Below, one piece after another: positions 24,968 to 35,152 of a DNA stretch of 64,000 nucleotides. The first letter of the stretch is position 1. The number at the start of each line of letters is the position of its first letter. Location: positions 62,001-126,000 of the IMG/VR virus record IMGVR_UViG_3300045051_000720; one strand, given 5' to 3'. Made by a program: the position numbers and the translations under genes. The notes beneath the pieces were generated by a model, which ran no database searches, was not told the DNA's origin, and saw only the letters and a program-made list of their open reading frames with translations.

Positions 24968-25599
24968 TCTCACGTCGCTCATTCCTGACCCGCATGTTGG
25001 TGGCTGCTGGGCTGGCCCCGCTGGCAGCGCGCGCCGCCAAAGACCCGGGTTATCATGTCGGCATTGACCCTGCTGGTCCCGGCTCTGATGCCACGGACCA
25101 TCACGCTGTCTGGGTGAATGGCCCGGCCATCAAGGTCCCGAGCAATCGGGTGATGTGGCCTCACGATGACGTGTTTCGGCGCGAGTGGGTGATGGTGTCC
25201 CGCTATATCGGTGATTGGGACGGCACGTTCAAATTGGCGCGCGGCTGCACGAATCCCGCGTATATCCTCGCGGACTTGTATGACAGGGCGCGGGAAGGGC
25301 GGTTGCCCGAGCCAGACTGGGTCCTGCAAGATAGCGTGGGTTTCCTCGACTGGCAGATGCTGTATGATTTCGGGCGGTGGTGCGACGAAACTGTGGTCGG
25401 TACAGGGGTAGTCATCACCAACGGTAGCGCGGTTCATACGCGACTGAACGCCTTCACCCCCCGCTTGACGGTTCACGCAGCCCTTGTAAACGAAGAGCAG
25501 ATTGACGGGCTCCGCGAGACCCTCCGTATGCACTGCCTCAGCTGGCAGTCCACGGACCCGCGCTATCGCACTAGTTGGCCGGGTATTTCCTACGCATGA
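24964..25599 (+). CDS. Tat-signal protein carrying a tail-tip protein J-like segment
   Basis: SRRSFL, hydrophobic stretch, ARA; KVPSN..Y.G.WDGTFK....NPA..L.D...D...LY..G..CD..V...PR.T as in lambda gpJ. Confidence 0.7.
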   Translation: MISRRSFLTRMLVAAGLAPLAARAAKDPGYHVGIDPAGPGSDATDHHAVWVNGPAIKVPSNRVMWPHDDVFRREWVMVSRYIGDWDGTFKLARGCTNPAYILADLYDRAREGRLPEPDWVLQDSVGFLDWQMLYDFGRWCDETVVGTGVVITNGSAVHTRLNAFTPRLTVHAALVNEEQIDGLRETLRMHCLSWQSTDPRYRTSWPGISYA

Positions 25600-26351
25600 C
25601 CTCACGTCTACCCATCACCCTTTGTTTATGGACCAGCACGAAGGGCCACTTCGGTCATAGAGACGTGTACCGGACAACGCTTGCGCATCTAGACCGCCAG
25701 TTGCCGATCTCCACGTTTGGACAACTCGTTACACACGCGAAAGTTAGCCCCGGTGACGAGGCTGTGGCTGCCGATATGGTTGCCGATCTTGAGGCGCGCG
25801 GGTTTAAGGTACTCACCACCACCGCTGACTGGGGGCGTGGTCTCAGTCATCAGGCTCAGTACATGGCCGATGTCGTCAAGCTGTCCAAGGAGAAGGCGGT
25901 TTACGAGCAGCCCTACGTGCTGTGGCTCGAAGACGACTCGACGTTGGATAGTCATGTCGTTCCACTTGACGACCTCCTCGCGCAGTCCTGTCAGATGCTC
26001 GCTAAGGACCATGACCTGACTTCGATTCGCTTACTCCGTCCCACCGATTTGAGCACGAGCCCTATGGTGAGCGTACCACCCGAGCAATCAGACCCGCGCT
26101 GGTTCTACTCGCCCGATTTCAACTTCCAGCCCGCATTGCTTCGCTCTCGCGACTTCTACCTTGCCGCGCGGTTTGTCGAGGAGAACCCCCAAGCCGCCGC
26201 GTTGGTTCAGTGTGAGGCGCTATGGCGCATGGTGCTGACTCCGTTCTCGCGGTCCCCGCGCCAGCATCTGGTCTATCATCCAACCTACGCGAGCACTACG
26301 CATCTCGGTGTTCCTGAGTATCCCGCTATCAAAGCAAGTCTCAACCTATGA
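25596..26351 (+). CDS. Probable GT-A glycosyltransferase
   Basis: YVLWLEDD motif and C-terminal HLG. Confidence 0.6.
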   Translation: MTSRLPITLCLWTSTKGHFGHRDVYRTTLAHLDRQLPISTFGQLVTHAKVSPGDEAVAADMVADLEARGFKVLTTTADWGRGLSHQAQYMADVVKLSKEKAVYEQPYVLWLEDDSTLDSHVVPLDDLLAQSCQMLAKDHDLTSIRLLRPTDLSTSPMVSVPPEQSDPRWFYSPDFNFQPALLRSRDFYLAARFVEENPQAAALVQCEALWRMVLTPFSRSPRQHLVYHPTYASTTHLGVPEYPAIKASLNL

Positions 26352-26511
26352 CCCTCCCCCTCCCCCCCCACGCCTTGGGTAAGGCCCACCAATACCGCCT
26401 CGTCAAGATCGGTAACCAAGAAGCGTGGGTCCAGCGCAAACGGTTCCGGCGCTCCAAGCACCGCGGCGCGTGTGTGGGGGCGTTTGGGGGAGGTCGGAAG
26501 TGAACAGATAG

Positions 26512-27297
26512 ATGGAAGATTTCATGATTACGCATCGCGACACAGATTGGGCGTGGAAAATACCTTTACGAGACACAAGGGGTGAAGTTATTGCCTATGC
26601 ACTGGTTGATGAGGAGGACTATGCTTGGCTTTCATCATTTCGCTTTTCTGTCAAGCGAAACAGACTAAAACATGACGTTATTCTTTACGCCTATACTAGT
26701 CACCGAGAGTCACTAACAGCAAGCGGGCCAGCCTTACATCGGATGGTTATGCATCGCCATTATGGCGATATTGAGGGCAAGATAGTGGATCATAAAAAAG
26801 ATACTTTGGACAATCGTAAGGATAACTTGAGGTTAACTGATCGCACCGGGAACGCCCGCAATAAAAGCAAGCATGTTCAAACGACATACAAAGGGGTTCG
26901 ACAGATTAAGGGCTATGGACGATATAGGGCTTATATCTGTATCGAGTATAAGCAAAAACACATCGGATCTTTCGATGACCCTAAGGATGCAGCCATCGCC
27001 TATGATTTGATAGCTAGGCAAGAATTTGGAGAGTTCGCCCATCTCAATTTTCCACATGCGACCGAATCAGACTATGATCGGGTTAGGATGATGATAGCTG
27101 AAGCAAAAGTAGTTAAGGGAACCTCTCGATATAGAGGAGTATCAAAGAGTTTTGGTAAATGGGTAGCACAGCTTTCTACTGGGGGACAGCACTACCGTCT
27201 TGGCAGATTTGATTCCGAGGAAGAAGCGGCTTTGGCCTATAACGAAGCTGCTGCCAAACATTTTGGCCCCAAAGCTCGACTAAATATAATCAAATGA
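26512..27297 (+). CDS. HNH-AP2 homing endonuclease
   Basis: VDH...LDNRKDNLR; two AP2 domains (YKGV...AAIAYD, SRYRGV...AALAYN); AT-rich. Confidence 0.9.
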   Translation: MEDFMITHRDTDWAWKIPLRDTRGEVIAYALVDEEDYAWLSSFRFSVKRNRLKHDVILYAYTSHRESLTASGPALHRMVMHRHYGDIEGKIVDHKKDTLDNRKDNLRLTDRTGNARNKSKHVQTTYKGVRQIKGYGRYRAYICIEYKQKHIGSFDDPKDAAIAYDLIARQEFGEFAHLNFPHATESDYDRVRMMIAEAKVVKGTSRYRGVSKSFGKWVAQLSTGGQHYRLGRFDSEEEAALAYNEAAAKHFGPKARLNIIK

Positions 27298-28031
27298 ATC
27301 AACTACAATGGCGTAAAATGGGGATACGGATGTCGGGGTGTGAGGCACCAATAGAAGACCTTATCAAGCAGCATTCTTCTCTGCTACCCACTGATCACAT
27401 CTACACGTTATTAGAAGTAGGGTCGGCGGGGTGTGTGACGCTGCGTGCATTTAGCGATATTTTACGTGAGGCTCGTGGGGACAAATGGCGCACAATAGGA
27501 CTCGATCTCACGCTAGATAAAGCATGGTCAGTTGATATGACTGAAGTCCATCAATCATTTGCAGGTTTACGTGAGCAGATTATTGTTGCGGGCCAGTTAG
27601 ATGCTCTGATGGGGGACTTGCGTGGGATGAGTCTCTTGTTATTGGACGACCCCCGTGCGTTCGTTCGGGATACGCTATCCTACGCACCGGACCTGACTTT
27701 TATTGATGGGTCTCACGGTGTAAGTTGTGCCAGAGACTTCGTCGCCGTCGAACCGAAAGTGCCGATTGGAGGACTCATCCTATTCCATGATTATGGCATC
27801 CCAGAGCAGGGCACCGACTGGCAGACCCTTGACCGCGAGTTCATCTCTGTCCGCTCCTATGTCCACCGATTGGGCCTCAACCAACCCTGCAACGCGCCCC
27901 GCAAGGGCTGGCGGTGGGTGGGCGAGATCAAAGGGTCCCGGCATTGGGGCGGCGACGGTAACTCATGCGCGGTCGTCCAGCGGACGGAGGAGCCATTGGC
28001 AGACCAGTCGGAGCTGTCGATTGATCCATGA
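27294..28031 (+). CDS. Class I SAM-dependent methyltransferase
   Basis: LEVGS, FIDGSH, GGLILFHDY. Confidence 0.8.
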   Translation: MNQLQWRKMGIRMSGCEAPIEDLIKQHSSLLPTDHIYTLLEVGSAGCVTLRAFSDILREARGDKWRTIGLDLTLDKAWSVDMTEVHQSFAGLREQIIVAGQLDALMGDLRGMSLLLLDDPRAFVRDTLSYAPDLTFIDGSHGVSCARDFVAVEPKVPIGGLILFHDYGIPEQGTDWQTLDREFISVRSYVHRLGLNQPCNAPRKGWRWVGEIKGSRHWGGDGNSCAVVQRTEEPLADQSELSIDP

Positions 28032-28039
28032 GACAGGGT

Positions 28040-28981
28040 TTACAGATCGGGTACCGGAGGCAACGCGAGCAGGCTTCGTGCACTTTGTCGCGCCTGTTGC
28101 GGGGTCCACGACCGAATAGTCTCTTCTCTGACGCGACAGATCTCCATCCACTTAACATATTTCCGCTCCATCCTCAGCCCTGTATGTTCGGCGTAGAGCC
28201 AGTCCATCAGGCGCTGGATGTTGCACTGAGCACCGTAACGCAGCACGTGCGTGCCTCCGTCCTTAAAAATTGTGTTGGGATGGGGGATTCCCAAACGTCG
28301 CTCCAGATGTTGGGCGATTTGGTGCAGAATCGTTGGGGTGCCTACGAGACTCCAACTGGTGATTACAGTGTTGCGTCGTTTGCAATAGGTAATAGAGCCA
28401 TCTCCTTCGAACATCCCGAGAATGAACCAACGGATCAAATGGTCGGGAATAGGAGGCAGCGGCAAGTCAAGATAGGTTTTCCCGGGACGCAAGCCAAGAT
28501 TGATCAGATCTTCATATATTCGTTTTCGGGTCAACGCCAATGTGCATATGTCTTGCGCGGGGTGAAGACACCCCGTCTGGGGACCGACCATGGTAGTGCG
28601 ACGTACGTAGTACAGAGGTTTGGTGTGCCCCATGATGCGATTGATGGTTTGCAGATAGCTTTCATCGGTGATGGCTACTCCAATAGACATCGCCTTAACG
28701 CTCGCACTCATGCATCCATCCGCGTAGATGAAGCCGAGAATCTGGGCTTTCGCGGGGGTGTCGATGACGCTGAAGAAGGTCTCATCCACAGAGTAGAGGG
28801 TGACGAATCGCTGCTTCGAGGTCAGTTTTACCCCGGTTTGGCGCATGTTGCGCGCCAATGCAGAGGCGCTGATGCCGAATCGCTGAGCAAGACCCTTACG
28901 GGTCTCAGTATCGGGGTTGGCGCGCGCCGCCGCAAGGGCGGCTTGCAGGTTGGCCTTGAACAAGTGGCTAGACATATCCAT
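28040..28981 (-). CDS. LAGLIDADG homing endonuclease
   Basis: ILGFIYADGC and FILGMFEGDGS; paralogous to 918..1847. Confidence 0.9.
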   Translation of the reverse strand: MDMSSHLFKANLQAALAAARANPDTETRKGLAQRFGISASALARNMRQTGVKLTSKQRFVTLYSVDETFFSVIDTPAKAQILGFIYADGCMSASVKAMSIGVAITDESYLQTINRIMGHTKPLYYVRRTTMVGPQTGCLHPAQDICTLALTRKRIYEDLINLGLRPGKTYLDLPLPPIPDHLIRWFILGMFEGDGSITYCKRRNTVITSWSLVGTPTILHQIAQHLERRLGIPHPNTIFKDGGTHVLRYGAQCNIQRLMDWLYAEHTGLRMERKYVKWMEICRVREETIRSWTPQQARQSARSLLALPPVPDL

Positions 28982-29065
28982 CTATACACCGCCGCGTTGC
29001 ACAGTTCGGCTGTCTCTCTCGTAATCTATCTCAGATACTAGCCTAACCTTTTACCCATTAACACA

Positions 29066-29446
29066 ATGCGTACCCTAACCAACCATGTCACTAACGGGCT
29101 AAACGAAGCCCTCCGTATCACCGTCCTCGATGAACCCGGCCAAGGTGGAGCCTGCCACGAGTATCTCACCGACTACATCACGACCGACGAGGACGGCAGC
29201 CCCGCGCACGCGACCCAGTACGTCGTGTTCCAGAACGGCCCCGTCAAGGAGAACGGCGTCAACGGCACGTCGCAGGAGGCTCTCCTCGCCATTCTCATCG
29301 ACCGCCTGCGCGGGTTCCAGTCAGGCCAGTTCGCTTGCCCCGATAACGCCGAGGCTCTCGCCCACCTTGAGGGTGCGCTAGCCGCCCTCAATCGACGCAC
29401 AAACGCACGGGTGTTTCGGGGTGTGGAGGGAACGAACGTCGTCTGA
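29066..29446 (+). CDS. tad1: Tad1-family anti-defence (immune-signal sponge) protein
   Basis: GGACHEY, FQNG..KE, LLAILIDRLRGFQSGQF...NAEALAHLE...NRR...R..RGVEGTN; co-linear with Tad1 as recalled. Confidence 0.8.
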   Translation: MRTLTNHVTNGLNEALRITVLDEPGQGGACHEYLTDYITTDEDGSPAHATQYVVFQNGPVKENGVNGTSQEALLAILIDRLRGFQSGQFACPDNAEALAHLEGALAALNRRTNARVFRGVEGTNVV

Positions 29447-29645
29447 ATATGTGGACCATCCTCGCTACCCGCCCTTTTTCCATGTCGTTCACCGATCCGT
29501 GTGGTAATGACCTCTTCCCTACTGTCGCGGAAGGGGTGTTAACCGTTGAGCAGGACGAGTGGGACCACCAGCGTGCGCGCTGGACGGACGGGGTCAGCTC
29601 GGTGAAGATTGATGTGGCCTATGCGTGGGAGCAGATGAAGGGAAC

Positions 29646-30464
29646 ATGAGTATCCTCGCTTCAGTCTACGGTGGCAACCTCGGGGACACCCTCTGGCTCA
29701 CCCCCCTTGCGCGCTACGAGGACCTGACCGTGTGGATGCGCGGCGATGACACCAAAGCCCGTTCTGTCGCTCCGATCCTCGACGGGGTTTGCTCGGTCGT
29801 TCTCAAGCCCAACCCCCCCGAGACCCTCAAAGCGCCTATTCGCGCGCATGTGACGCAGCAGATCTTGGCGGCATATGGTCATGGCGGTAAGCCCTCCATC
29901 CCGCGGGTCATCTTGCGTCCCGACGAGGTGCAGTGGGCGGTTGACTACGTTAAGGGCGTAACGGGCGGTCACTCCTCCAAGATAGTAGCCATGGTCAACC
30001 ACTGCTCTGGCTCCGCCGACCCAACCAACTATCGCGCGGCCTATGTGCGGGGCAACCCGGCGGTGTTCGAATCCCTCGCGCGGTTTTGGAAGGGCGCTGG
30101 TTACAAGGTGCTTCAGTTCGGTCCCGCGCCGGGATTCTACACCCCAGACGTGTTCACGCCGATCGAGGGCGCTATCCCCGTGCGCGGGCTCAGCGTGCGG
30201 CAGCTCGCGGCGGTTTATCATGTCATTGGTAAGCTCATCTCGCTCGATACAGGCGACCGATGGCTGATGCTGGCCGTTGGCGGCAAGGTTGCTTGCCTCG
30301 TCCCACCTCATTCCGACCAGATGGGCTATCGCCATTGGGACCTACTGCTCGACGCCACCTGTTGGGGCGACGAACGCTCGCGCGAGGGTTATGCTCTTCA
30401 TCACGACTGGACCCATCTGTGCAACACCCACCTGTTTGACGAGATCGAATACCTCACGCTATGA
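29646..30464 (+). CDS. GT9 (heptosyltransferase-like) glycosyltransferase
   Basis: GNLGDTLWLTP and ISLDTG motifs. Confidence 0.75.
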   Translation: MSILASVYGGNLGDTLWLTPLARYEDLTVWMRGDDTKARSVAPILDGVCSVVLKPNPPETLKAPIRAHVTQQILAAYGHGGKPSIPRVILRPDEVQWAVDYVKGVTGGHSSKIVAMVNHCSGSADPTNYRAAYVRGNPAVFESLARFWKGAGYKVLQFGPAPGFYTPDVFTPIEGAIPVRGLSVRQLAAVYHVIGKLISLDTGDRWLMLAVGGKVACLVPPHSDQMGYRHWDLLLDATCWGDERSREGYALHHDWTHLCNTHLFDEIEYLTL

Positions 30465-31140
30465 CCATCTACCTTGCCCATCCTGTCGGCTACGCCTACG
30501 ATCTCCTTGCTCGCGCCGCGGTTAAGGCGCGTTGCGATCCCACTAGCATCCAAGCCAAGGAGACCCTCCTCCTGCTCGACGAGGCCATTCAGGCGCAGGT
30601 CGGTGTTCTCCTTCACGAGCAGATCTGCGCATCGGACGAGTATCGCGTGTTGATGGCCATCAACGAACAGGGAGGCGACCATGACGCCGCTCAACGCGCG
30701 CTAGGAGCACGCTTCGCATGATTCGGGTACCCGTAGACGAGGCGTATGCCTTCGACATGCTCTCGATCCTGCGTGTCAAGAATGAGCATGTATTGACGGA
30801 CGCGGGAGTTGACGCCCACGACCGCCTTGCCAACGCCATCCGCGACGAGGTGGGTGGTGAGCTGTTTACCGCCATCATCGCGTCGCCCGAGTACACTGCG
30901 CTCGTGCGCATCAACAGCGCGCTGTTTGACGCCCTTGAGATGCTCAAGCGCACCGACAAGCACTTCGAGGCCGCGACTGATGGCGAGTGGCCACCCAAGC
31001 ACACGATAGGCGAGTGGCCCGGCGCGGCCAGTGAGGTGGACCAGATGGTCTATCGCCGCTACCTCTGCAAGCGTGCGCTTCAACAACGCTTCTTCCCAAC
31101 CGTCGCCCTGACCGAGCGCAAGATCGGTTATTCATCATGA
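30461..31140 (+). CDS. Two related small helical proteins (30461-30721, 30718-31140)
   Basis: Both share YAxD.L....VK and I.AS.EY..L..IN, resembling small proteins linked to GT9 clusters. Confidence 0.6.
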
Positions 31141-32096
31141 GTCTGCCTACCAATCGTCCTGTCCGATGCTGGGGTGTTAGGGCCAGCCTAATCGGAGACA
31201 CGCTGTCTGCACTGCCTACGTTGAACTGGCTCGAACGCCGCTTTCCCGGGTCTTACAAGCACTGGGTGGTCGCGCGCAAGTGCTCGCAGTCCATCCAGCT
31301 CTACCTCAATCACCCGCTCATCGACAAGCTGGTCGTGACCGATTGTCACGAGGGCATGGGGCCACGCGACATTGAACTGGCCAACACGTGTGACATTCGA
31401 TTCGACATCATGCCCCAGCACCCCGAGGGCGACATCTGGCCCAACCGGCGCAACCTATGGGAGGAAACGTGGGTGATGGCCGGGTTGCCACTGAGCGAGT
31501 ACCATGCGTTGCCACCTGCTGAGCAGCGGTCACATCTGGTGCAGTGGTTCGAGGTCGAGAAGCAACCCGCCAAAACCATCGCGCTGTGGCCTTGTGCGGG
31601 CTACGGCATCGAGAACAAGCGCAACCCTAGTCGCGAGTGGTATGTCAAACTGCTCAACCAGCTTCACGCCGAGGGATGCATCATCTACCAGTTCGGCCAC
31701 CCCAAGGACTATACCTTCGACCTGTGGAGTGGTCCGACCTACCGCGATTTCCGCCGGCTGGCGTTCTTCGATCAGATCAAGCTGACGCTGGGGTGTGACC
31801 TGATGATCGGGACCGACAGCGGGTCCGCGCTGGTTGTCGGGGCCTACGAGAAGATCCCGCAGATTAGCCTGCTTACGAATCATTGGCCGGGGCATACCGA
31901 AAATCCGACTGCGTTCGCGACCCTCAACCCGCTCAACACCAGCTTCTTCTCGCCCGGCACGGCGGACGGTATCAAGCAGGAGGAGGTAGTCGCTAAGGCC
32001 TTGGAGCTGGTTGCCTCGCGCGCGGGTGAACAACACGCTGCCGATGGTACGGTGCCTAACGTCGCCGAGAGCGTGACCCATGGAGGACGACACTGA
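31137..32096 (+). CDS. GT9 glycosyltransferase
   Basis: SLIGDTL..LP and IGTDSG motifs. Confidence 0.82.
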   Translation: MSLPTNRPVRCWGVRASLIGDTLSALPTLNWLERRFPGSYKHWVVARKCSQSIQLYLNHPLIDKLVVTDCHEGMGPRDIELANTCDIRFDIMPQHPEGDIWPNRRNLWEETWVMAGLPLSEYHALPPAEQRSHLVQWFEVEKQPAKTIALWPCAGYGIENKRNPSREWYVKLLNQLHAEGCIIYQFGHPKDYTFDLWSGPTYRDFRRLAFFDQIKLTLGCDLMIGTDSGSALVVGAYEKIPQISLLTNHWPGHTENPTAFATLNPLNTSFFSPGTADGIKQEEVVAKALELVASRAGEQHAADGTVPNVAESVTHGGRH

Positions 32097-32728
32097 TGAG
32101 TGTGGTCATCGACTCCAACCTGTTCGCGGATCTGCCTGCGTGGGAGATGAAGAATGTGCTCGGCAGCGCCACGCATACGTTTTTCGGGCTCACCATGAGT
32201 CAGCATCCCCACGCGGTCATCAAGCTCAACCAGCTCCTGAACGCCACGAGACCGGCGCGCATCGTGGAGGTCGGGACGGGGGCGGGTGGACTCACGGTTT
32301 TGTTTGCCCTGTTCTGCAAGGCCACAGGCGCGGCCCTTCACTCGTACGACCAGCAGGGTGGGAAACATCACGAGCTACTGGCTCAACTGGGGTATCCCGT
32401 GCGACGTGGTGACGCGTTGGGAGATCCGGCGGTAGTGGAGGAAATCAAATCTATCGTCGCGCGCGAGGGGCGTTCGGTGATCTTCGCGGACGCCGGGAAA
32501 GCGATCGAGGCAAATCTGCTCATCCCCGTCATGAAGCCCGGCGACCTCATCCTCATGCACGACTTCGCCCCCGATGCAGAGACCTTCCGCCGCGACATCC
32601 AAGGTGTCCGATGGAACTGGTTCGAGGCGTGGTACGAGCGCGTGGCGGAGGTTTCAAACGCGCACGGTATTGTGTACTCACCCTATACGAACGACGTGGT
32701 CTGGAGCGTCGGAATAAAGACCCGCTGA
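32096..32728 (+). CDS. Class I methyltransferase (CmcI-like)
   Basis: IVEVGTGAGG, PGDLILMHD. Confidence 0.75.
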   Translation: MSVVIDSNLFADLPAWEMKNVLGSATHTFFGLTMSQHPHAVIKLNQLLNATRPARIVEVGTGAGGLTVLFALFCKATGAALHSYDQQGGKHHELLAQLGYPVRRGDALGDPAVVEEIKSIVAREGRSVIFADAGKAIEANLLIPVMKPGDLILMHDFAPDAETFRRDIQGVRWNWFEAWYERVAEVSNAHGIVYSPYTNDVVWSVGIKTR

Positions 32729-33744
32729 TGCGCGTTGCCTATTTCGATTTGGGGCTCTCTCGGGAAGAGTACACACTCCAGCCCCGCCATTACGGCGGAG
32801 GCGCGGTCGCGGCCCGCTACCTCAAAGAGTCCGATGTCGACTTCCACATCTTCGCGCCGCCCGATGCGTTCGACAACGTCGGGGTGGACGAACGTCGGGA
32901 CCGGTGCAACCCGTTACCTTACGAGGTCTGCAAGTGGTTGGCCGAAGGTGGCTCCCTAGACAAGGTGTGGCCCAATGGGGCGGCGGGGTTTCCTTTTGAC
33001 CTCATCCTTCATCCACACACCTGTGCCACGATCAATCGGGGGAGCTATCGCGGGCCGGTGTGTCACTTCTGTGGCTTCGATGGGTCTGCCGGGCACCCCG
33101 GCAACGATTACGTCTTATTGTACGACAAGACCTTCCGCGCCCAGTTCGGCGAGTGCGCGAAATATGTGCGCATAGGCAAGCCCGTGCCTGCGCAGTGTCC
33201 CGAGAAACCCAGCGCGTTCAGCAGTGCGGAGCAGCCCTTTTTGTTCCAAGTGAGCCGCCATGACGACCACATGGGCAGCATTGCCATCGCCAAGGCCTGT
33301 CTTGAGGCGGGTATCCCGGGCGTGTTCGCCGGACCGATTCACCACGATTACCCCCTGCGCGACTACATTGATGGCAAGACCACGACGTACCTCGGTGAGA
33401 TCGACGAACAGACCAAGATGGACCTGCACCGCCGCGCGCGGTTGGGTGTGTTGTGCGCCGACTGGGACCTGCCTTTTTCGCAGACCCTGATCGAGGCCCA
33501 AGGTCAAGGCACACCCATCTACGTCAACCGACGCGGCCCGTTCCTCAAGACCTATCTGAAGGACGGGGTGAATGGGTTTGACGCGGCGGGGTGTTCGCTG
33601 CGGGAGGCGTTTGAGCGCGCGCCGTTGATTGACCCGCAAGAGTGTTGGGCGTCAGCCAAGGCATATGACGTGCCGGTGATGGTCGAGTCCTTCCGCCGAG
33701 CCTTCAACGAGATCGTCGCCGAGTGGCGCGCCACTCATCCCTAA
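32728..33744 (+). CDS. Glycosyltransferase family 4
   Basis: HYGGG, PFSQTLIEAQGQGTP, DGVNGF. Confidence 0.8.
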   Translation: MRVAYFDLGLSREEYTLQPRHYGGGAVAARYLKESDVDFHIFAPPDAFDNVGVDERRDRCNPLPYEVCKWLAEGGSLDKVWPNGAAGFPFDLILHPHTCATINRGSYRGPVCHFCGFDGSAGHPGNDYVLLYDKTFRAQFGECAKYVRIGKPVPAQCPEKPSAFSSAEQPFLFQVSRHDDHMGSIAIAKACLEAGIPGVFAGPIHHDYPLRDYIDGKTTTYLGEIDEQTKMDLHRRARLGVLCADWDLPFSQTLIEAQGQGTPIYVNRRGPFLKTYLKDGVNGFDAAGCSLREAFERAPLIDPQECWASAKAYDVPVMVESFRRAFNEIVAEWRATHP

Positions 33745-34487
33745 TGCACCTATCCTATGTCACCGTGTCGGTGGACTACTCCGACTATCTGGCTATCACC
33801 CTGCGCCACAACCGCCCTCACTTCGACGATATGATCGTGGTCACCGCGCCGCGCGATCGGGCGACGCAGGAGTTGTGCGCGCGCGAGGGGGTGCGGTGCG
33901 TGGTAACGGACGCTTTCTACCATCCATTCGGCGTGGCCTTCAACAAAGGCGCGGGACTGAACGCGGGGCTGGCGGCCCTCAAGGAGCCGCAGTGGGTGGC
34001 GATTTTCGACGCCGATACCTTTGTTCATCCCACCTTCCGGCAGGACCTCGAAGCCCTGCCGCTGGACATCGAGTGGCTCTACGGCACCGAGCGCGTCCTT
34101 CTCCCTACCTACGCCGACTACATCGCCCTTGTCACTGGCGCGCGGTCTGTTGAGTCGTTTGAGTCGCCGCGTGGCTTTGCGTTCGGCTGGATGCAGTTGA
34201 TACACTGGGGTAGCCACGCCATGCAGTCCTGCGTGCCGGGTGAGTGGTATCCCCAAGGGCGGGATTGCACCGAGGTGGACTGGAGATTTTTTCGGCGCTG
34301 GGGCAATCTGATCAACGACTACGCCGCCGCTGAGGGGCGCATTGCCAAGCTGCCGTTCAAGTCGTTCAATTTGGGTCCCCACGGAGTCAACCATCAAGCG
34401 CGCCGGTCTCCCGCTTTCGTCCCTTCCATCTGGGGCGACGGTAGTGACGACATCCCAATGGGTGGACCCCCAATGCCTCATGACTGA
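33744..34487 (+). CDS. Glycosyltransferase family 2
   Basis: FNKGAGLNAG, FDAD. Confidence 0.8.
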   Translation: MHLSYVTVSVDYSDYLAITLRHNRPHFDDMIVVTAPRDRATQELCAREGVRCVVTDAFYHPFGVAFNKGAGLNAGLAALKEPQWVAIFDADTFVHPTFRQDLEALPLDIEWLYGTERVLLPTYADYIALVTGARSVESFESPRGFAFGWMQLIHWGSHAMQSCVPGEWYPQGRDCTEVDWRFFRRWGNLINDYAAAEGRIAKLPFKSFNLGPHGVNHQARRSPAFVPSIWGDGSDDIPMGGPPMPHD

Positions 34488-35136
34488 TCCTCTCTCCCTC
34501 ATCAACTGGGTCCTCAAGGACCTGCCGGTCCCTCTCGTTGGGTCGGTGTGTTACGACGGTCAGAAGCAAACCAAGGAGTGCACCGCCAAGGCGTTTGCGG
34601 CCTTCACTGAATGCTACTCGCTCGTCCGACCGCGCCGTGTCCTTGAGATCGGCACCCACGCAGGTGGCTCCGCGCTGATGGCCCTCGCGCTGACCGAGGC
34701 GTCTGTGCTGTCCGTCGATATAGGCTCGACGTGGATCACACCCGAGCGTTCATTCGCCGATTGGGGGTGCGAGTCAGGTGAGGGCGGCCTATATCAGGTT
34801 GAGCGCGTGTTGCGTGCGGCGTTTCCAGACCGGTTTAGTTTGCTCATTGGCGATTCAACTGACCCTAGCACTCGTGCGACCATCAAGGTGTGCCATACGT
34901 TGGAGCCCTTTGACCTCGCGTTTATCGACGGGAATCATGCCTACGAGTACGTGCTCAGCGACATCCGGTTCGCGCGCTCGTTAGGTGTTAAGACCCTCAT
35001 CCTCGACGACATGAACAGTAGCGACCCCAACAGCGATGTGGCCCGCGCCGCGCGCGAGGAGGGGTTGGTGATTGTCAAGGAGTGGGCGACTATCCATTCG
35101 GGTGGCGTGAGCTTCGCGTTGACGCGGGTGCCCTAG
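34480..35136 (+). CDS. Class I SAM-dependent methyltransferase
   Basis: LEIGTHAGGS, FIDGNH, ILDD. Confidence 0.85.
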   Translation: MTDPLSLINWVLKDLPVPLVGSVCYDGQKQTKECTAKAFAAFTECYSLVRPRRVLEIGTHAGGSALMALALTEASVLSVDIGSTWITPERSFADWGCESGEGGLYQVERVLRAAFPDRFSLLIGDSTDPSTRATIKVCHTLEPFDLAFIDGNHAYEYVLSDIRFARSLGVKTLILDDMNSSDPNSDVARAAREEGLVIVKEWATIHSGGVSFALTRVP

Positions 35137-35152
35137 ACGACTATCATAGGCT

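Noticed and set aside
28028-29041. 337-aa + strand ORF, and similar long antisense ORFs such as 5814-6905
   Set aside because: Shadow frames of clearly identifiable genes (LAGLIDADG endonuclease, PIF1 helicase).
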